Assembly: GCA_003971905.1 (NCBI GenBank)
Contig: RSEE01000020.1
Span: forward strand, 248,001 to 312,000
Source: Moniliella sp. 'wahieum'
Taxonomy: Eukaryota
Length of the DNA stretch: 64,000 nt
Reading direction: 5' to 3'
Shown here in pieces: positions 23,462 through 37,482 of this stretch. A program made the position numbers and the translations under genes. Every line of letters starts with the position of its first letter. Position 1 is the first letter of the stretch. The notes beneath the pieces were generated by a model that saw only the letters and a list, made by a program, of their open reading frames with translations, had not been told where the DNA came from and did not search any database.

Positions 23462-26400
23462 GGCGGGGAGGGTGGGGAGAGGGAAGCGGTGGGGGACGCG
23501 TTGATGAGGACGGGGATGAGGATGGGGACGGGGATGGGGATAGAGATGGGGTCTGCGGATGGGTTGCTAGTTGGGGTCGAGATTCGAGATAGGCTTTGCT
23601 GCAGCTACGCTCCCGCGAGCGCCCGCACATACTGGTTGGGCTGGCACGGGCCTACTCGTGCGTGCGCTGTGTCCGGCTGGGCGTTGTCGTGCTGCCTACT
23701 GCGTGCTGCCCTGTGCGGACTCAGACTGAGTACTCAGACTACGCTCTCAGACTAGTGCTCAGACCGAGTCGGCAGTTCAAGTGAAGCTTCAAGTGAACGC
23801 GGACGTTGATCGAGGACAGAGCACTGGCGGCTCGGGCGCTGCTATCGGCTGGCATTCGAACCACGCCGCCCAATCGATAGCGTGGCCACTGCCCCCACGC
23901 AGCCCGCCACCGCCCGGCCACCCCGCCCAGACAGGGGCCGTGCGCGTCTTGCCACCGCGCCGCCGCAGCATTGCAGCAGCCCAGCCGACGATCATGCATC
24001 ATGCATCATCTCATCCATCATATATCCCTCGGCTGCTAACCCTGCCCACAGCACACTGCCCCCGTTCTGCGTCGTTTTAGCCGCCTGGTGCGTTGCGCTT
24101 ATACTGGTTGCAGCTCCGGCCTGCTCAGGGCCTGGCTGCCCACCCAGTCAGCACCCAGTACCCAGCCTTTTCTAGCCTGGGAATCTCAGGGCGGGTTGGA
24201 AGCAGACTCACATGCGTGGAGCAGTCATCGATGTCATCCCTGCGCGATCGAACAGAGTGCTTAGTCAGCGCCCTCTCTCGCACTGACCGGTTGAACGATT
24301 GAACGATTGAACGATTGAACAGTCCACGGTAGAACGCTGGCTGAACCTCAGGAGTTAATAGCCTGACTAGTTACATTAACTGCAGATGTTCTCGCGTTGG
24401 TCTGTGCCGTCCGCGTCGAACACATGCCAGGCATAACTCTCTCCCGGCCTCAAGTCGGCGGTCAAGGCGGGCAGGAATAGAACCCGCGATTCCTTCGTTC
24501 GCCTGTGTAGGACGGAAGAGGGGTCAGCTCGGCAGTTGCCAGCAGCGTCCGCTCTCCACACTACACATCAATCGTCTTTTGGCTTAAGCGAAGACGGCGT
24601 CGCGATTTCTCTTCATTTTCTCCCATCATTTCCTCACCTGCACTCTGCTCCAGTACGTGCATTACCCACTCTCTGGCCGGCAACCTCGTTTCTAGTGGGA
24701 ACGAGAGGATCCTCGCCAGTGCTTCCTTTCCCGACTCGGCCACCGATGCAGGGGGGGGGGGGGGGGGTCTGGAGAGAGACATCGTACTCGGCCTGATGGT
24801 GCTGTGAGAAACTACAAATGAAGTCCATGGAGTCCCGTAGGGCAACCTTCATTCCCGTACCCCAATATGTTTCACCGCGCCCACTCGCCTGCCCTTCTTG
24901 AGCCACTGTGCACCCATCATTCTCTCTCGTTCTATTAATGGCGGCAGGTGATGACATCGTAAATGTATACATATACCTCCTGTTACCCCCTGTCACTTCA
25001 TGACACCACCCCGAAAGCAACGGAGGAGATTCCATGACTAATAGGGAAGGCAGATCAAGCTGCGAAGAAGACCGAACCTGCACTTTCTCCTCCCCAGCTC
25101 ACCCTGTGTTGGAGCAGGCCGAATCACCCGCAGCTAAGGATGTTCCGGTGTCCACTCCGATATCACCTCATCGTTCGGCTCTTCCCGTCTGGCCAGGGCA
25201 GAGTATCAGAACCCCTCAGTGAAACGATTGGCTTCTCAGCCCCTACCAACCCTTGCCCCTGCCTCGCCTTCGACCTTCATCCAGACCCGTCTTCGTCCCA
25301 ACATGCCTGTCCTGGTCCCCTTATTTCGAACTTTGCAAGTCCATCCGATTCGTCTCGCGGTATTCAATACTAGCACGAGGACAATCTTTCGTCCACTTAT
25401 TGTGTCTCAAGCTCCACCACCAAACATCCTGGTCAGACCGAACAATAAACTCGATGTAAATGGTATCCTCTTCCGTCACCTCTTCCTATCGAACGGGTGT
25501 CAATCCGACATTCTGCTTATGCATTGGCCCAAGGAGACGGCCAACGCGGCGCTCACACATTCCAGAGTGCTTCTACCAGGGGCGCTTGCCACATTGAGGC
25601 AGCAGCGCAAGCCCCCAGTGCAACTAGGCCGATGACGAAACACAGGTCCGAGATCGGGCTTAATGGCCCTCTGACCGCTGCATTGTTTGCCAGTAGGGCT
25701 GCCTCGAAGAGGCATGTGCTATACCACTGCAAAAGCGCCGGCCCTCTTCCCCTCTGCCCCAGCTACCTCTTTCTCGGACGCAGTCCTACCGTGGTTCTAC
25801 ATGGTATCAACCTCATGTCTCCAGACCACGCGACACCACCGTTTTTGCCGCCGTTGGTGCCCTGTGTGACAAGTACGACAAGGAGCGTGAGGGAAGAGCG
25901 ACTCAAGGAGTCATCCTTGACTGTGGTTGGCAAAATGCCACTTTTGAGGACGAGAGGTGAGGCTGTCCCAGCATCTCTGTGCGCCTTACACTCGGATGTG
26001 ATGGGTCTTTGTTTGCCCCCCCCCCACCTGCTGCTCTGCTTTTCACAACCGAAGAAGCACAGGATGTGGAAGAGCACGAGGGGAGGATGGCCAGGGCGGT
26101 GTGTGATGTGAGCCTCGCGGCAATTTTCTGCAGGAGTGGATGCCTACCAGAACGTCTGCCTCAACGGGGACATGAAAATCTACATGGCCTCTCCTTCCCC
26201 GGAAGGGTCTCTAGCCTACCCCTTGGGAACGTCCCTGAGCACGCTCTATCCTAGCTGATCAATTTTCGTCCCCCTCCTAGCGACCGCCTTAAGTCCAAGG
26301 GCCACCTGTAGATGCCAAGATCAGTCGCCCAATTCCTCTCACTTATTGGGCTTTGATGTGTTTGTACGACGATTCGGATACCAAGGAGATGATCATCTCC

Positions 26401-26570
26401 ATCGGCCGCTTCCAGTACCATTTGGTGCCCTTGTGGTTAGGTGTAGCCGCGTCAAGCGTCCAGCCTTCAAGCTTCACCCTTTCTACGTTTTGAGTTGGAC
26501 CGCCTTCGCACGTGCATTGGATTTTGCTGTGACTGGCTAGGAAGATAGCATTCACGAGGACGGGTCCGGG

Positions 26571-27230
26571 TTATCCTTCTCTTGTAGCCCAAGCCACTTC
26601 CACAGAGTCCACTCTTCGTATACTTGGGGCTGTGGGGTTACCGTACCGCTCCTGCCAGCCGGGGCGCAAAGTCAACTCGACCTCGCGCATGGTAGCCAGG
26701 TTGTTGTAGTAGGACGTTAGGGAGAAGATGTAGGCCGACGTGACCCCCGCCGCTGTGCCAGGAAATAGATCGGTTAGCGATCTTCGGTTGAGCCTACACG
26801 AGGGAGAGACAAGAACGTACCAACACCAGCGGCCATAGAGGCATTCCAGGTCATGCCCATATAACGCGAACGTGCGTACAGGTCTGTGCGCAGCAGCAGG
26901 CAGGTTAGACGGCAGGCGGAGGGAAGGCAGACACAAGATGCGAGGGGGGAGGGGGGAGGAACGTACAGGTGATGAGCCCAGTGCCGAAACCCATGGGGAT
27001 TCCCTTGTACTGAGCATTGTTCATCGCCTCGGTGGCATCGACGGCAGAGAGGGTGTCCGCGTAGGCACGCAGGATCTCGGCATTCTCCTTGCCAGGGGAG
27101 GGGTAAGTTCACCGTACGGGTCGGCCACATGAGTGGGCTGAGCTGGCGCTGGCGCTGCTTCGGGTGCCCCTTGGGGAAGCGGGCCAGATGCGGCGGCGGC
27201 GGATGTGGGCTTGGAGGTGGAGTTGCCCAT
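26571..27230 (-). CDS. Small hypothetical membrane protein with N-myristoylation-like start (MGNSTS)
   Basis: ATG 27230 MGNSTSKP. Coding-like segments are separated by two probable introns (GTACGT...CAG near 26965-26895, and near 26820-26758). Hydrophobic segments GIPMGFGTGLIT and GVTSAYIFSL. Ends WATREG-stop at 26571. Confidence 0.55.
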
Positions 27231-27601
27231 CGCAGACGCGGGACGCGGTGGGAAGGCAGGCGAGGGAAGAAGATGGCTGATGGGTGGGGAGCGAGGATGT
27301 GCAGCGTTGGTTTCAAATTGCAAACTGCTCCGGTGGGGCATGGAACGCGGCGGTCAGTATTTGAAGTAGGACTATTAGGTCTGGTAAAGCTATTAGCAAC
27401 CAGGAACTCGCAGACATGGGAAGAAAGCAGCAAGTTATAAAGCACCGCCGCCTCGAGTACTGATGGTGGGCGGACGTACAGGAGCACTGTGGCGGCCAAC
27501 AGCCCCTGTCGCCCTCCCCTCCTCGGAAGCCAGCACCCAGCACCCCACCCCCCCCCTTCGTATTCACTTCCGTACCATCTACTCTCGTTCGGTGGGCCAT
27601 A

Positions 27602-30600
27602 ATGAGCACCCCCGCCTCCCCCTCGCCCCCTGCCCTGCTGACCAACAGCGACGACGACACCCGTTCGCTCCGCCGCGAAAATGCTCGGCTGCGCCGCCAG
27701 CTCAATGCCCGCGCCGGTATTGCGACCGACCTGGAACGCCTCGCGGCCCAGCTGGCGGTCGAGCGCGACCAGGCCGCAAGCACGATTGCCTCCCTCACTG
27801 CCTTGGCTGCCGTCTTTTCCCATGGACCCGCCTGGGTCCACATCCTGGCCAACGCATTGGCTTCCGTGCGTGCCGCGCTGGAGACCGCATCGCAGGCCGA
27901 TGGGACGAGGCACGTGGACACATCAAGATGCTTGGCCCTGCCTTTTCCCTGGCCCAGGGCCTGGGCACCAAAATGAGGAGCAGCAAACGGAGCATCCTCG
28001 GCATGGAAACGACCTCCCCCACCCCCACTGGCCACCAACAGGATCAGGATCAAATCGACCGGTTCCAACCAGATCCGTCTGTTGGAACAGATGTGCGAAC
28101 AGGAGCGTCAGCTGCGCATGTTGGGCGAGCGCAAATGTGCACATGTGCTTCGGGCCTTGCGCGATCCCGAACCGTCATTGGCCGCTTTGGTCAAGGACCG
28201 GTCTAGGGAGGCCCCATTCAACCCAGCGCCCCTGATGCACGTGGGCCAAACGCCCCACCATCAGAGGCGCTTCTGACGGAACAAAGGAGGGGGTGACAGC
28301 TGATCAAGCCGGCCTGTGGCGAGCTGTCTGTGAGCGAAAAGGACCGGATGGATGGGCGGCTTGCTAAGCTAGGGACCAACCTTATACCGCGCTTGGCCAG
28401 TGCGACGTGCTCGAGGAATGCGCCTCAGCAAGACCGAGTCGGAGAGTGATGGGGCCTGTGTGCAACTCCATGTGCTGGCTCAAGCAGTGGGCTGCAAGCA
28501 GAGACCCAGCCTGGTGATTCTCAGCTGGTACAACAGGCAAAGGATGAGACCGATGCGCTGACGCAAGCAAAGCAACGGGAGGCGGATGCGCTTGCGCGAG
28601 CCGAAAGCAGAGATCCAAGCGCGCCAATACAAATGCGAGACGCATCAAGCACAGTCGCGCGCCGATGCGGCCGAGATGCGGGCGGATAAACTGGCGCGGC
28701 AGTTGGACGAGCAGGAGGAGGACCAGGTGCGGCAGATTGCTCACGCGGAACACACCAGCCCAGTCCCGCACCCTTGCCATGGAGCTGGAACAGGCACTGC
28801 ATCGCTCCAACGAACGAGAGGTTGAGCTTACCTTGCGTCTGCGGACGAAGAAGAAGAAAGTTGCGACAAGCTCATCAAGCGCGCGAGGCGCTTGCGTTGC
28901 AGGTGGCTGAGATGCGATCGGAGTTGGCGTTGATGCAAAAAAATGGACGAGGTATGGTTCCACTCCGCACGGTGGATAGAGCGTTGGACTTGAGCGATCG
29001 ACTTCTGCGTAAAGGTCACCGCTTTCGAATCGCTCCAGAAGACGAAAGACAGCTGGAATCGCGTTTGTCAGATGCGCAACGCAATATGGCCCTGTCACAG
29101 CACTCGCAGGAACGATGGAACGTACGCGCGATCAGTTATTGCGCCAGCTCAACTTGGCCAAACCAGAGCGGCTACCCTGGCAAAGGAAGTGCAAGACCTT
29201 CGCTACAGCCTAAATAAGGACCGTTTTGAGTCCGAGAGAGGATGATGAGCTTCTCCCCCCCCTCGAGCGGGAGCGAGACGAGACGCTGGCTCTTCTCATG
29301 GTTGTGGGAGGGGAGCGCGACGAACTGCAAGCCCGCTTACGGAAGGCAGAACCACTGCACATGCCTCCCAGTGGGAGAAAGAACGGATAGAGGCGGACCT
29401 ACGACAATCTCAGAGACGGGTGGCAGAAGTGGAAAGCGAGCTACAAAAAGCTCGTGCGGATACCCAAACAGCTCAGCAGGCCAATGAAAATCTGAAGAGA
29501 AGTACCTAGCGCAGGTTGAGGCTGAACGAAACCTGCAATGGGGGAAAGAACTTCATCGCCACCTTGGTGCGATGGAAGAAGTCTTCCGGCGGGAACTCGA
29601 ATCGCACTTGGCCGAAGCACGGATGAATGTGCAATCCGACCGTGCACCTACCCCTGTCACGGTTCCTGACCTGTCACCGCTACAAAACAGGCTGGTGGAA
29701 GTCGAACAAGAGCTGACTTGGCCTCTGTTCGGGCGCATGCTTGGGAAGGGGAGCGCACTTCCCTCTTTCAGCTGATCTCTCAGCTTTGTACCGAGGAAAT
29801 CAAGCGATCGAACGTGCTCATTCGCGGAAGCAGCTGTCCAGCGCCCCTATGCTCGCCTGTATTCCTGCACTGGGCCGGAGGTTCGCACAGAACACGTCCC
29901 TCAAGTCTCAAGTAGCCCATCCCAGACAGATGAGGAGGTCCAAACCCTGCGGGAAGCACTTTGTCTCTCACACCGGGAACGAGAGGAAGAGCGCTTTCGT
30001 CGTATTGATGCACAGAAGGGGTATGCTGTTGGTCTCCAAGAAGTCCAGCACGCACTGTTGGAGGCTAATCGTGCAAAGGATACCGTTGAAACGCACAAGA
30101 GTGTCCTCAAAGAACATGCGCGTGACCTGCTCTGCCGCCTCCAGGAGGCTCAGGAAGATCTGCGCCTTGCTCAGCTGGAGCGAGATGAATTGTACGTGGA
30201 CTCGATGCAAAAGTGGGGCTTAACATTAACAAGAGAGAAAGTAGGCTAACGATTCCAGCAGGCGCACCCACCTTGCCGCTCTCCAAGCTGACTTGGAACC
30301 GCTTCAGGCGACGTTGCCTTGAAGGAGGCAAGGTATCGACTCCCCCTTTGGATCAGGTTACTTCAGATATTGCGAAGAAGAGCTCCGATGAACCGGAACC
30401 ATACGAAGAAGTGAAGGAAGATACTGAGGAGACGACATTGGTCAATTCCCCCACGCTCTCGTTGCAACGCAGAGCCACGCTGTTTTCGCCTTTGGCCTCA
30501 CCAGTCACCGCCATCTACTAGTCTGTTCACCCCGTTGCCCAAAAACTAAAGAAGCAGCTTTGGTCCTCGCCTCGGAGTATGAAATCCCCCGCGAACGCAG

Positions 30601-30690
30601 CCACCCCATCCACGCGCCACGGACCCTGTCAGCATGCGCCTGGCTGCAGCACGGGCTGGCCGAGCCTACGTCCCCCAATGGTCCAGTTTA
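27602..30690 (+). CDS. Long coiled-coil protein, function unknown; many frameshifts
   Basis: Successive + strand ORFs rich in E/R/Q/L heptads (LRRENARLRRQL, LELEQALHRSNEREVEL, LQEAQEDLRLAQLERDEL). Ser/Pro-rich C-terminus; end approximate. Confidence 0.65.
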
Positions 30691-31032
30691 ATTCGCGGAC
30701 ACCCGCGCAGACCTAGGGGGAGGATTGACTAAGGATGCAGCCAACTTACCATAATGCAGCCAATCCAACATCGCCCTGATCATGTTTTCAGTCCAGTTTC
30801 ACTGCTTTTCCATTATGCATTTCCTCACCGCACCACCACCGGCTGCACATTGTCCTTCCATGTCCCCGTTTCAATTTTTCACTATCCCCAGGCTTCAGCC
30901 CCTTCCTGTTTCGCGTCCCATTCGGCCAATCCATGCTCACATTCTATGCTATGCGGAATGCACCGGTTTGGTGGCACCCCCAGGTCAACCCCCTCTTTGT
31001 GCAAGGCCAAGGTATGCATGTAGTTCACATGG

Positions 31033-32078
31033 TTACAAGTCAAAAAAGTCGTCCCCCTCAATTGTGGGAGGCGCCGACTTGGTAGAGGGAGGAGGGGAGG
31101 ATTGTTTCTTGGCCTCTTTTTCGATGAAGGCGCCTTCGTCTCCACCCGGACTCTTTTAGCTGGGGGTGCTTCTGGCTCACTCTCGGATTCCGATTCCGAC
31201 TCCGATTCGGAACTAGAGCTGGAGCTGGAGCTGGACTGGAGCTGGACTGGAGCTGGAACTGGAGCTCGAGTCAGACTCTGATTCCGAGTCCGAGTCCAAA
31301 TCCAGACGGGAGGCCTTTTCCTGTGCGTCCTGTTTGGCATGCGCAGGCTCTTCACTGGTTGGCGAGGTACCTTGTCCTCTTCCTTTTGCAATTCTCGCTT
31401 GGCTTGATACCGCTCCGACAGCATCGTCTCGGGCTCTTGTTCCAGGTCACCCGCTTCAAACGCTTTCCTCACCTGCTCGTGGAACTCCATTGCCGACTTC
31501 AGCGCCGCATTTCCACTTACCGCATGTTTGGCACGCTTCGCGTCCGACGACAAGTCGACCTGGAGCAGCGACACGTACTTTCGTTCTGGCGGATAAGTCT
31601 GTGGCATGTCAGTTGGTCCGCGTCAGGAAAAGGGAGGGGGGCAACATACCAAAATGTAGTGCAGCAACACACGTGCATCGCGAATTCGGTGCTCCAATGT
31701 CTTCTTGTCTTGCGGCGGGGCCTTGACGAGCCGGCGCTTCAACTTGGCTACTTGGCGCTCGAGCTTTGTACGCTCAATGAACTTGACCTTGTGGTAGCGC
31801 TGGGCAGTATGGGCGACCTTGGTCTGTTCCTCGGCGCGTTGGAGGTCGGAGAGCAGTGCAGCCTCTTGCCTCTCGGCCTCTTGTCGCACATCGGCGCCTA
31901 CGTTGGGTTTGTTCAGCAGGAAGCGCACGCGCCGCTGGGCCTTGAGCTTGTTGATGGACACGGCCTTCTTCTGGGCACGGGGCCTCGTGTTGGCGCTGGT
32001 GCTGCTGGCATCACGCGAGCGGTTGTGGGGCTTGCGCTTGGCCGCCGAGGCCGAGTGGGGCGCCTTCTTGGGGGGCAT
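31033..32078 (-). CDS. EFG1: rRNA-processing protein Efg1
   Basis: SINKLKA..RRVRFLL..ADVRQEAER, QRYHKVKFIERTKLER, VLLHYIL | intron 31599-31649 | TYPPERKYVSLL. Ser-rich tract and C-terminal EGDDFFDL-stop. Confidence 0.9.
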
Positions 32079-32392
32079 GGTGGCTGGGGTGGTAGTGGTA
32101 GGCCTCGCCGAAGCGCGGAAGGGTGTGGATGATGATGAGCATCTGGGATGCAGGGGGCAGCCGTCCAAAAAAATAAATCGGTGCAAAGCCACCCTGCTGG
32201 CGGGGTCGACGGTCACGTGACTCGATGTGGTTAGCGCTAAGCCGCTAAGCGTTAAGTTGGGTCCTCAATATTCAATGACGTCACGCGTCATGGCCCGCGG
32301 GGGGCCCGGAGCGGGGTGTTCGGTGGTCGATGGGCGATCGTCCGTCCGCGGCTTCGTCGCTGGCCGACGCACCCGTAGCCCATCCACCCGCC

Positions 32393-33169
32393 ATGCTCAC
32401 CGCCTGTCTCCGTGCCCGCCCGGCCGCCGTCGCGCTCGGCATGGGCTCCAGCACCAGTCTGGCCCGGTGCATGCGTCCGGTGCCCCGCCGCCTCCTTACC
32501 ACCACCATCCGCGCAACCGTCCTGCGACCAACACCCCCGCTTTCCTCGCTGCCTATGCCCACCCCGCCCTCACGCCCACCCGTCAGCCCCCACTGTGAAC
32601 CACACCTCTGGGCTGGCGTCGCGGCCCTGGGGATGGGCGTCGCTGCCTGGAGCGCCCAGGCGGTATATTGTGACGATGGAACTCCTCTTGCTGCCAATGC
32701 CAGCGCCGAGCCGCTGCCGGACCCTTCGCAGGAGCCCCCGCCCAAATCCATTGTTGATGCCAAACAGCTGGGTTTTGGGACGGTCGCTGGCATTTGCACT
32801 GGGTGTTTGTCAAAAAGGGTCTCAAGTTGATCGCGTTTGCCTTGGGGGGGTCTACATTCTTCTCCAGTACATGAGCTCGCAGGTACGTCTTGCTCTCGCC
32901 TCTCTTCTCCCGGGCCGATCAAGGCGGCAGTATGAGTCGGCACAGATACCTAACACGCTGGGCAGAGTTGGATCACAGTCCATTGGGGCGCGTTGCGTCG
33001 CGGTACGATACTTGGGTCGACGTAGCAGCTGGGGGCCCCGAGGACCCAGCGTCGGCTCACTCGTCCAAGGCCTGGCGCATCTGGCAGCGTTTCGCCCACT
33101 TCCTCACCCACAACTTCCAGGAACGCCACCTTCCTTGCTGGCTTTGTCCTGGGAGTTCGTTTGGGCTGA
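32393..33169 (+). CDS. FUN14-family mitochondrial outer-membrane protein
   Basis: Presequence-like N-terminus; QLGFGTVAGICTG[VFVKKGLKLIAF]LGGVYILLQYMSSQ; intron near 32883-32945; FLTHNFQER[ATFLAGFVLGVRLG]-stop. Confidence 0.85.
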
Positions 33170-33423
33170 AGCTCGAAGCATTCAGACCTGCTGCTTAAAT
33201 GATGACGGACCTGCCCCCTCTCACGCAGTTGGGCTGCCTGTAACTGCAAACTATCGTTCTCAATGGAAGCCGTGCACTCATGCTGCCGTAACTCCCAAGC
33301 AAAGGTATCACCACAATGGAGCTCTTAGGAGTTAGGTGGGCCAGAACAGGTCAAAAGCAAACGGAAGGGAAGTAGAAAAAACGAAGAGAGACGCGGACAA
33401 ATAGCCAGGCGCGTGTTAAGACC

Positions 33424-35853
33424 TTAGGTCTTATACCTTCCCTTTGACCCGGGGCTTGGGTTGAAACTTGCTCCCTGCCTTCGCGATTGCTTGGAATGGA
33501 AGCATACTCTGAGTCGCCGGTTGCGCCCGTTTCTGACTCGGTTTGCTGGGCTCCTCTTCTGAATGGGCACGTAGGAAATCACGCGCTTTCTTGAAAGCAA
33601 GCCAGCTGTTGCCACGGCGGTCTAGAGGGTCGGGAGCACAGGCGTCCCGCACCTCGTGGAGAGTGGAAAGTCGGTCAGGGTAAGGTGGAGAAATGGCTGG
33701 CACTGGCCTCCAGCGTGGGTGCCAGGCCCAACGCAGCCTCCTGCACGTCACCCTGTAGCCAAACATCAAACACCCCGGCCCACTCCTTGGCGGGATGAGG
33801 GAATTCCTTGTTGATCAGCACCGTGCGGATCGGGAGACGGTCGTACTCCTCCTCGCTGTCATAGTCCTCCTCCTCCTCGTCCTCCCCCTTCTCTCATCCT
33901 CGTCCTCCCCCTTCTCTCATCCTCGTCCTCCCCCTCCTCTTCTTTAAAGACTGCGCACGGGCTTTCCTGGCTTGCCTTTTGGCGTGCCCAGGGGCTGTCG
34001 CACTAGAGTAAGTGCTGGGGTACCACCGTGCATCATGGGCGTGGCAGGCTTTGGCAAATTCTCGCACCACCCTCTTGGTGCCCGGGACCTTGAGTGACGT
34101 GCCGGCGACAATCAGGAGGTCGGGAGGGAGGGGTTTAAGCTTCTCTGCCCTCTTGCGCGGCGGCTTGGGCTCAGGTTGGCCCTCGTCTTCCTCGAATAGC
34201 GATTTCAACACATCCGTCTCAGGCACCGGACTGAGTCCGGTTGACTTCTTTTGTGGGGGTGACGGGCAGGGCAGACAACTCTCCGACAGGGTTTTGTTGA
34301 ATGAGCGCTTGGGAAATGGGTTTGGTTGGGCTTCCATTCTTGGGGCGCACCTTAACCTTTTTGAGCCGCACCTGGGTTTCCCGCGCGCTTTCGGAACTGG
34401 TGCTTCCCATGGATCCCTGAGGCCCAACAGGTCGCGCCCAAGGCACTCCCCCACCCGTTCTGCCGATTCGTTTTGTCCCCCATATAGAACCACATCCACC
34501 TTCATCTTTCCGATTCCTCGCGAGCGCAGCCCATTCTCCCGCCGTACCTCATCCGACACTTCACAGCGCGGACACGGCACCGGCTCACCCGCTTGCAAAA
34601 GTTGGAGTGCGTCTTCGCAGCAGAGCACGCTAGCCCCAGACTCTTTGGGAGGATACCCCACATCCTCCGAAAGGGAGAGCGTACAGGGGCAAAGGGAGCA
34701 TGTGAGTGTATGCAGCGATCCGTGCAGGGGAATGCAGCGTGGGAACATGGGTTGTGGTCCTTCCTTCGGGCGTGACCAGAGCAACGCAGAATCTGACTGG
34801 GACCGAGCAAACGTCCGGCGCGACGAAAGCGAATCGCCCCGGCGGGCTCAGCGCGTTTTCTCTTCCGCAGCGGCGCATCCCCCTCCACCTTTCCCAGTCC
34901 GAACGTCAGCCCCGCTTTGGCTTCAAGTCCATCAATGTTTTGTGTATAGACACGCAAGAGCCGTCCCTGCTCATCGAGCATCTTGAGCAGATAGTGAACG
35001 AGGTGGGTTGGGCGCATCGGCCATCCGCTTCAGTTCCGAGACCATGGAATAAAATAGGCCGGTCGTCTTGCTTGAGCTGAAGAGGCGGGCGTCAAACAAG
35101 TCTTTCCCACTGGTCAATCCAGCATCGGGGTGCTGCTCCTTGAGCCGGCGGAACAAACCCTCCGACGAGCGAAAGTCGGGGATGTTGGCGGGAGCAGAGA
35201 CACTAATGCCGGCCCCGCACACCACGGCCACCCTGCGCGCACGCATCATTGCTTCAAACACTTTCCCCAGATCCGAGATTGGGTCGGTTGTCATGCGCGC
35301 AAACTCGGGAATAGATACCGAAGGAGGAAGCGGGACCTCAGCGCGTGCCCGGAGCTGTGCCAGGTCCTCAGGCGCGGGTGTAGCGCTTGGCGCACTTGGG
35401 GGCATGAGAGTGACGTTCTCTTTCTGAGAAGCAGTAGTGCTGGAAGCAGAGGACGGGGTCGGTGACGAAGAGGAGAGGGGAACCGAAGGGGACGAGGCAA
35501 GTGCCGTGATGGGACTGGAGTAGATGCTTGTGTTGGGCGGGCACGACGGCGCGTCGGGAGCGACGCAAGGGAGGCGGCGCGGGCGCAGGGCTCTCGGGCG
35601 GGTGGGGAGCGTGTGGCGCACTCCTCCTCCGTGGCCGTCTTGGGTGGCGTCTCGGCCGCCGGGCGCGCGACAGGCAGCACGATCGTCCGCCCCATCCTCG
35701 AGTTCAAAGGTGGGGGTGATGGGGTCGGAAGCGGCGTCGTGCGCGACAGGCTTGAGCTGGGGGGAAATACACGGCGAAGGCACGGCTAGGGTTGGGGCTT
35801 GGCTTGGCTAGGGTTAGCGCCGAGCTCGGCAGGCACAACCTACCCGCGGCCAT
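33424..35853 (-). CDS. Sir2-family NAD-dependent deacetylase, Hst3/Hst4 subfamily
   Basis: VVCGAGISVSAPANIPDFRSSEGLF, KDLFDA, LLRVYTQNIDGLE, PLHGSL, two CxxC pairs, VVLYG, DLLIVAGTSLKVPGTKRVVREF. ATG 35853 joined in frame through a micro-exon (intron ~35786-35843, GTAGGT...GCTAAC...CTAG). Confidence 0.9.
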
Positions 35854-37068
35854 TGTCTCGTGTTGTTGTTGGCTCGATCGTCACGTGCTGGCGGGCGCAA
35901 TTGGCATGTGGCGTCACGTGCCACACGGGAGCGTGGAAGCTCAACTCAAGCGCGCTCAGCCTGAGCCGCTCACGCACTCAACGTTACGCGTTAACTGCAA
36001 CCGCGCGTGACGCGTGAGGCGTGACGATAGAATGTTGATCGTCCTGTTGAACAAATGCACGGTGGTTCAGCCTGGGCGCTCAGTCTCAGCGGAATATGCG
36101 CTTGCGGAAACAACCACTGCAGAGGCGGGCGTCCTGTTGTGGTCAATATCAATGAGTTAAGCAACCGCGGCCCGCTAACACGCCGGTCTCGTTCTGGCAG
36201 GTTCGGCAACAGCTCGGCTTCATTGGACCCAACGGTGGATCGGTTCCACCTGCCTATACCACTTATAGATGGCTGGCCAGCACGTGTCTGGTACTTTTCC
36301 TTCCCTCCGTTCCTGTGTACCACAAGCAAGGGGATGAGATGCGGTGTTATTGTCTAGCCGGTACACACCATAAATGCAGCCTGTCCCAGAGACTCGTTTC
36401 TCGGAAAAGCCAAGCGGTCTACTTCCTTGGGATGCATCTCGACTCAGCTAGTTTCTTCTTGGACGGATCTTGGCAGGAGAAACATTTCGACCCTGTTGAC
36501 GTCAATGATCTCCCCAATCTCCACTAACATTTAACCTCCTCCGTCGAAGGCATGTCTCTCCCACCCCTTCGGTCTCAACTCGACCATGACGTTGTATTCC
36601 ATGGACTCGCAGTCCACCATTGGCATGATATGGAGCAAAACTGCTCTGTATTTTACCGCCCTTGTTTCTCTCTATGTCCTCCGTATAGTCGGTCTCGTCA
36701 AAGTCGCCTTATAGCAAGCTGTACTAGTACGAACCTATTGTATTAGCTGTCAATTGCAGATTACTGTTAAGACGAACTAACCCCAAATCAAGGCGAAAAA
36801 TATGGGCGACGGACAAAAGAGAGGAAGTGCAAACCCCACCGTCAAACGCTCTACTGCTCAACGAATAACTTCCGTGATCCACCATGATGCATGATGGTGT
36901 CCTCCTACATTTCCTGGGGGCTTGAGCCTTGAGCTCTGAAATACCCCAATTGGATAGTATAGCAGTCGCTCACGCATACATCTGCCCAGCAATGAAACAC
37001 AAGACTAAAAGAGCCGTGACGCGTGACGGTCCACTCGCAGTGGGGGCTCTCCGAGTGGCAAAAAACTT

Positions 37069-37155
37069 CTCTCCGACCGGGAATCGAACCCGGGTCTCGT
37101 CCGGACGTCCAGATCAATGACAGGGACGTGTCATAGCCACTAAACTATCGGGAGA
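37069..37155 (-). tRNA. tRNA-Asp(GTC) with short intron
   Basis: Reverse complement TCTCC(C)GATAGTTTAGTGGCTATGACACGTCC-CT-GTC-A[intron]CGGACG...CCGGGTTCGATTCCCGG-TCGGAGAG, with a T-run downstream. Confidence 0.9.
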
Positions 37156-37482
37156 TACGTACTGTGGATGTTGTGGCTACAAAAGTAGTTGACTTATTTT
37201 TCGCCCTGCCCTACACATCGACCGGACTCCCCCTTCCCGATTCACAGAAACTGGTATCATATTCTTATGCCAATAGCGATTGATCGATCTACGTGCAGAA
37301 ATAGACATAGATCACTAGCGTCCTTCCGAGCGACCAGGGAAGGGAGCCAGCAAGCATGCGGCATGCTGCTCTCGATATATCCAGGGGGAATAGTGTGTTG
37401 ATGTAGCGGGAAGTACAGTGGCGAGGAAAGGGGGGGAAAGAGTAGAAAAGAAGCCATGGGCATGGGGGCACCGCGCACATCT

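Noticed and set aside
31175..31300. Hexamer repeats in EFG1 and the ~24-bp repeat in the sirtuin (33870-33935)
   Set aside because: Ordinary coding low-complexity Ser or acidic tracts.
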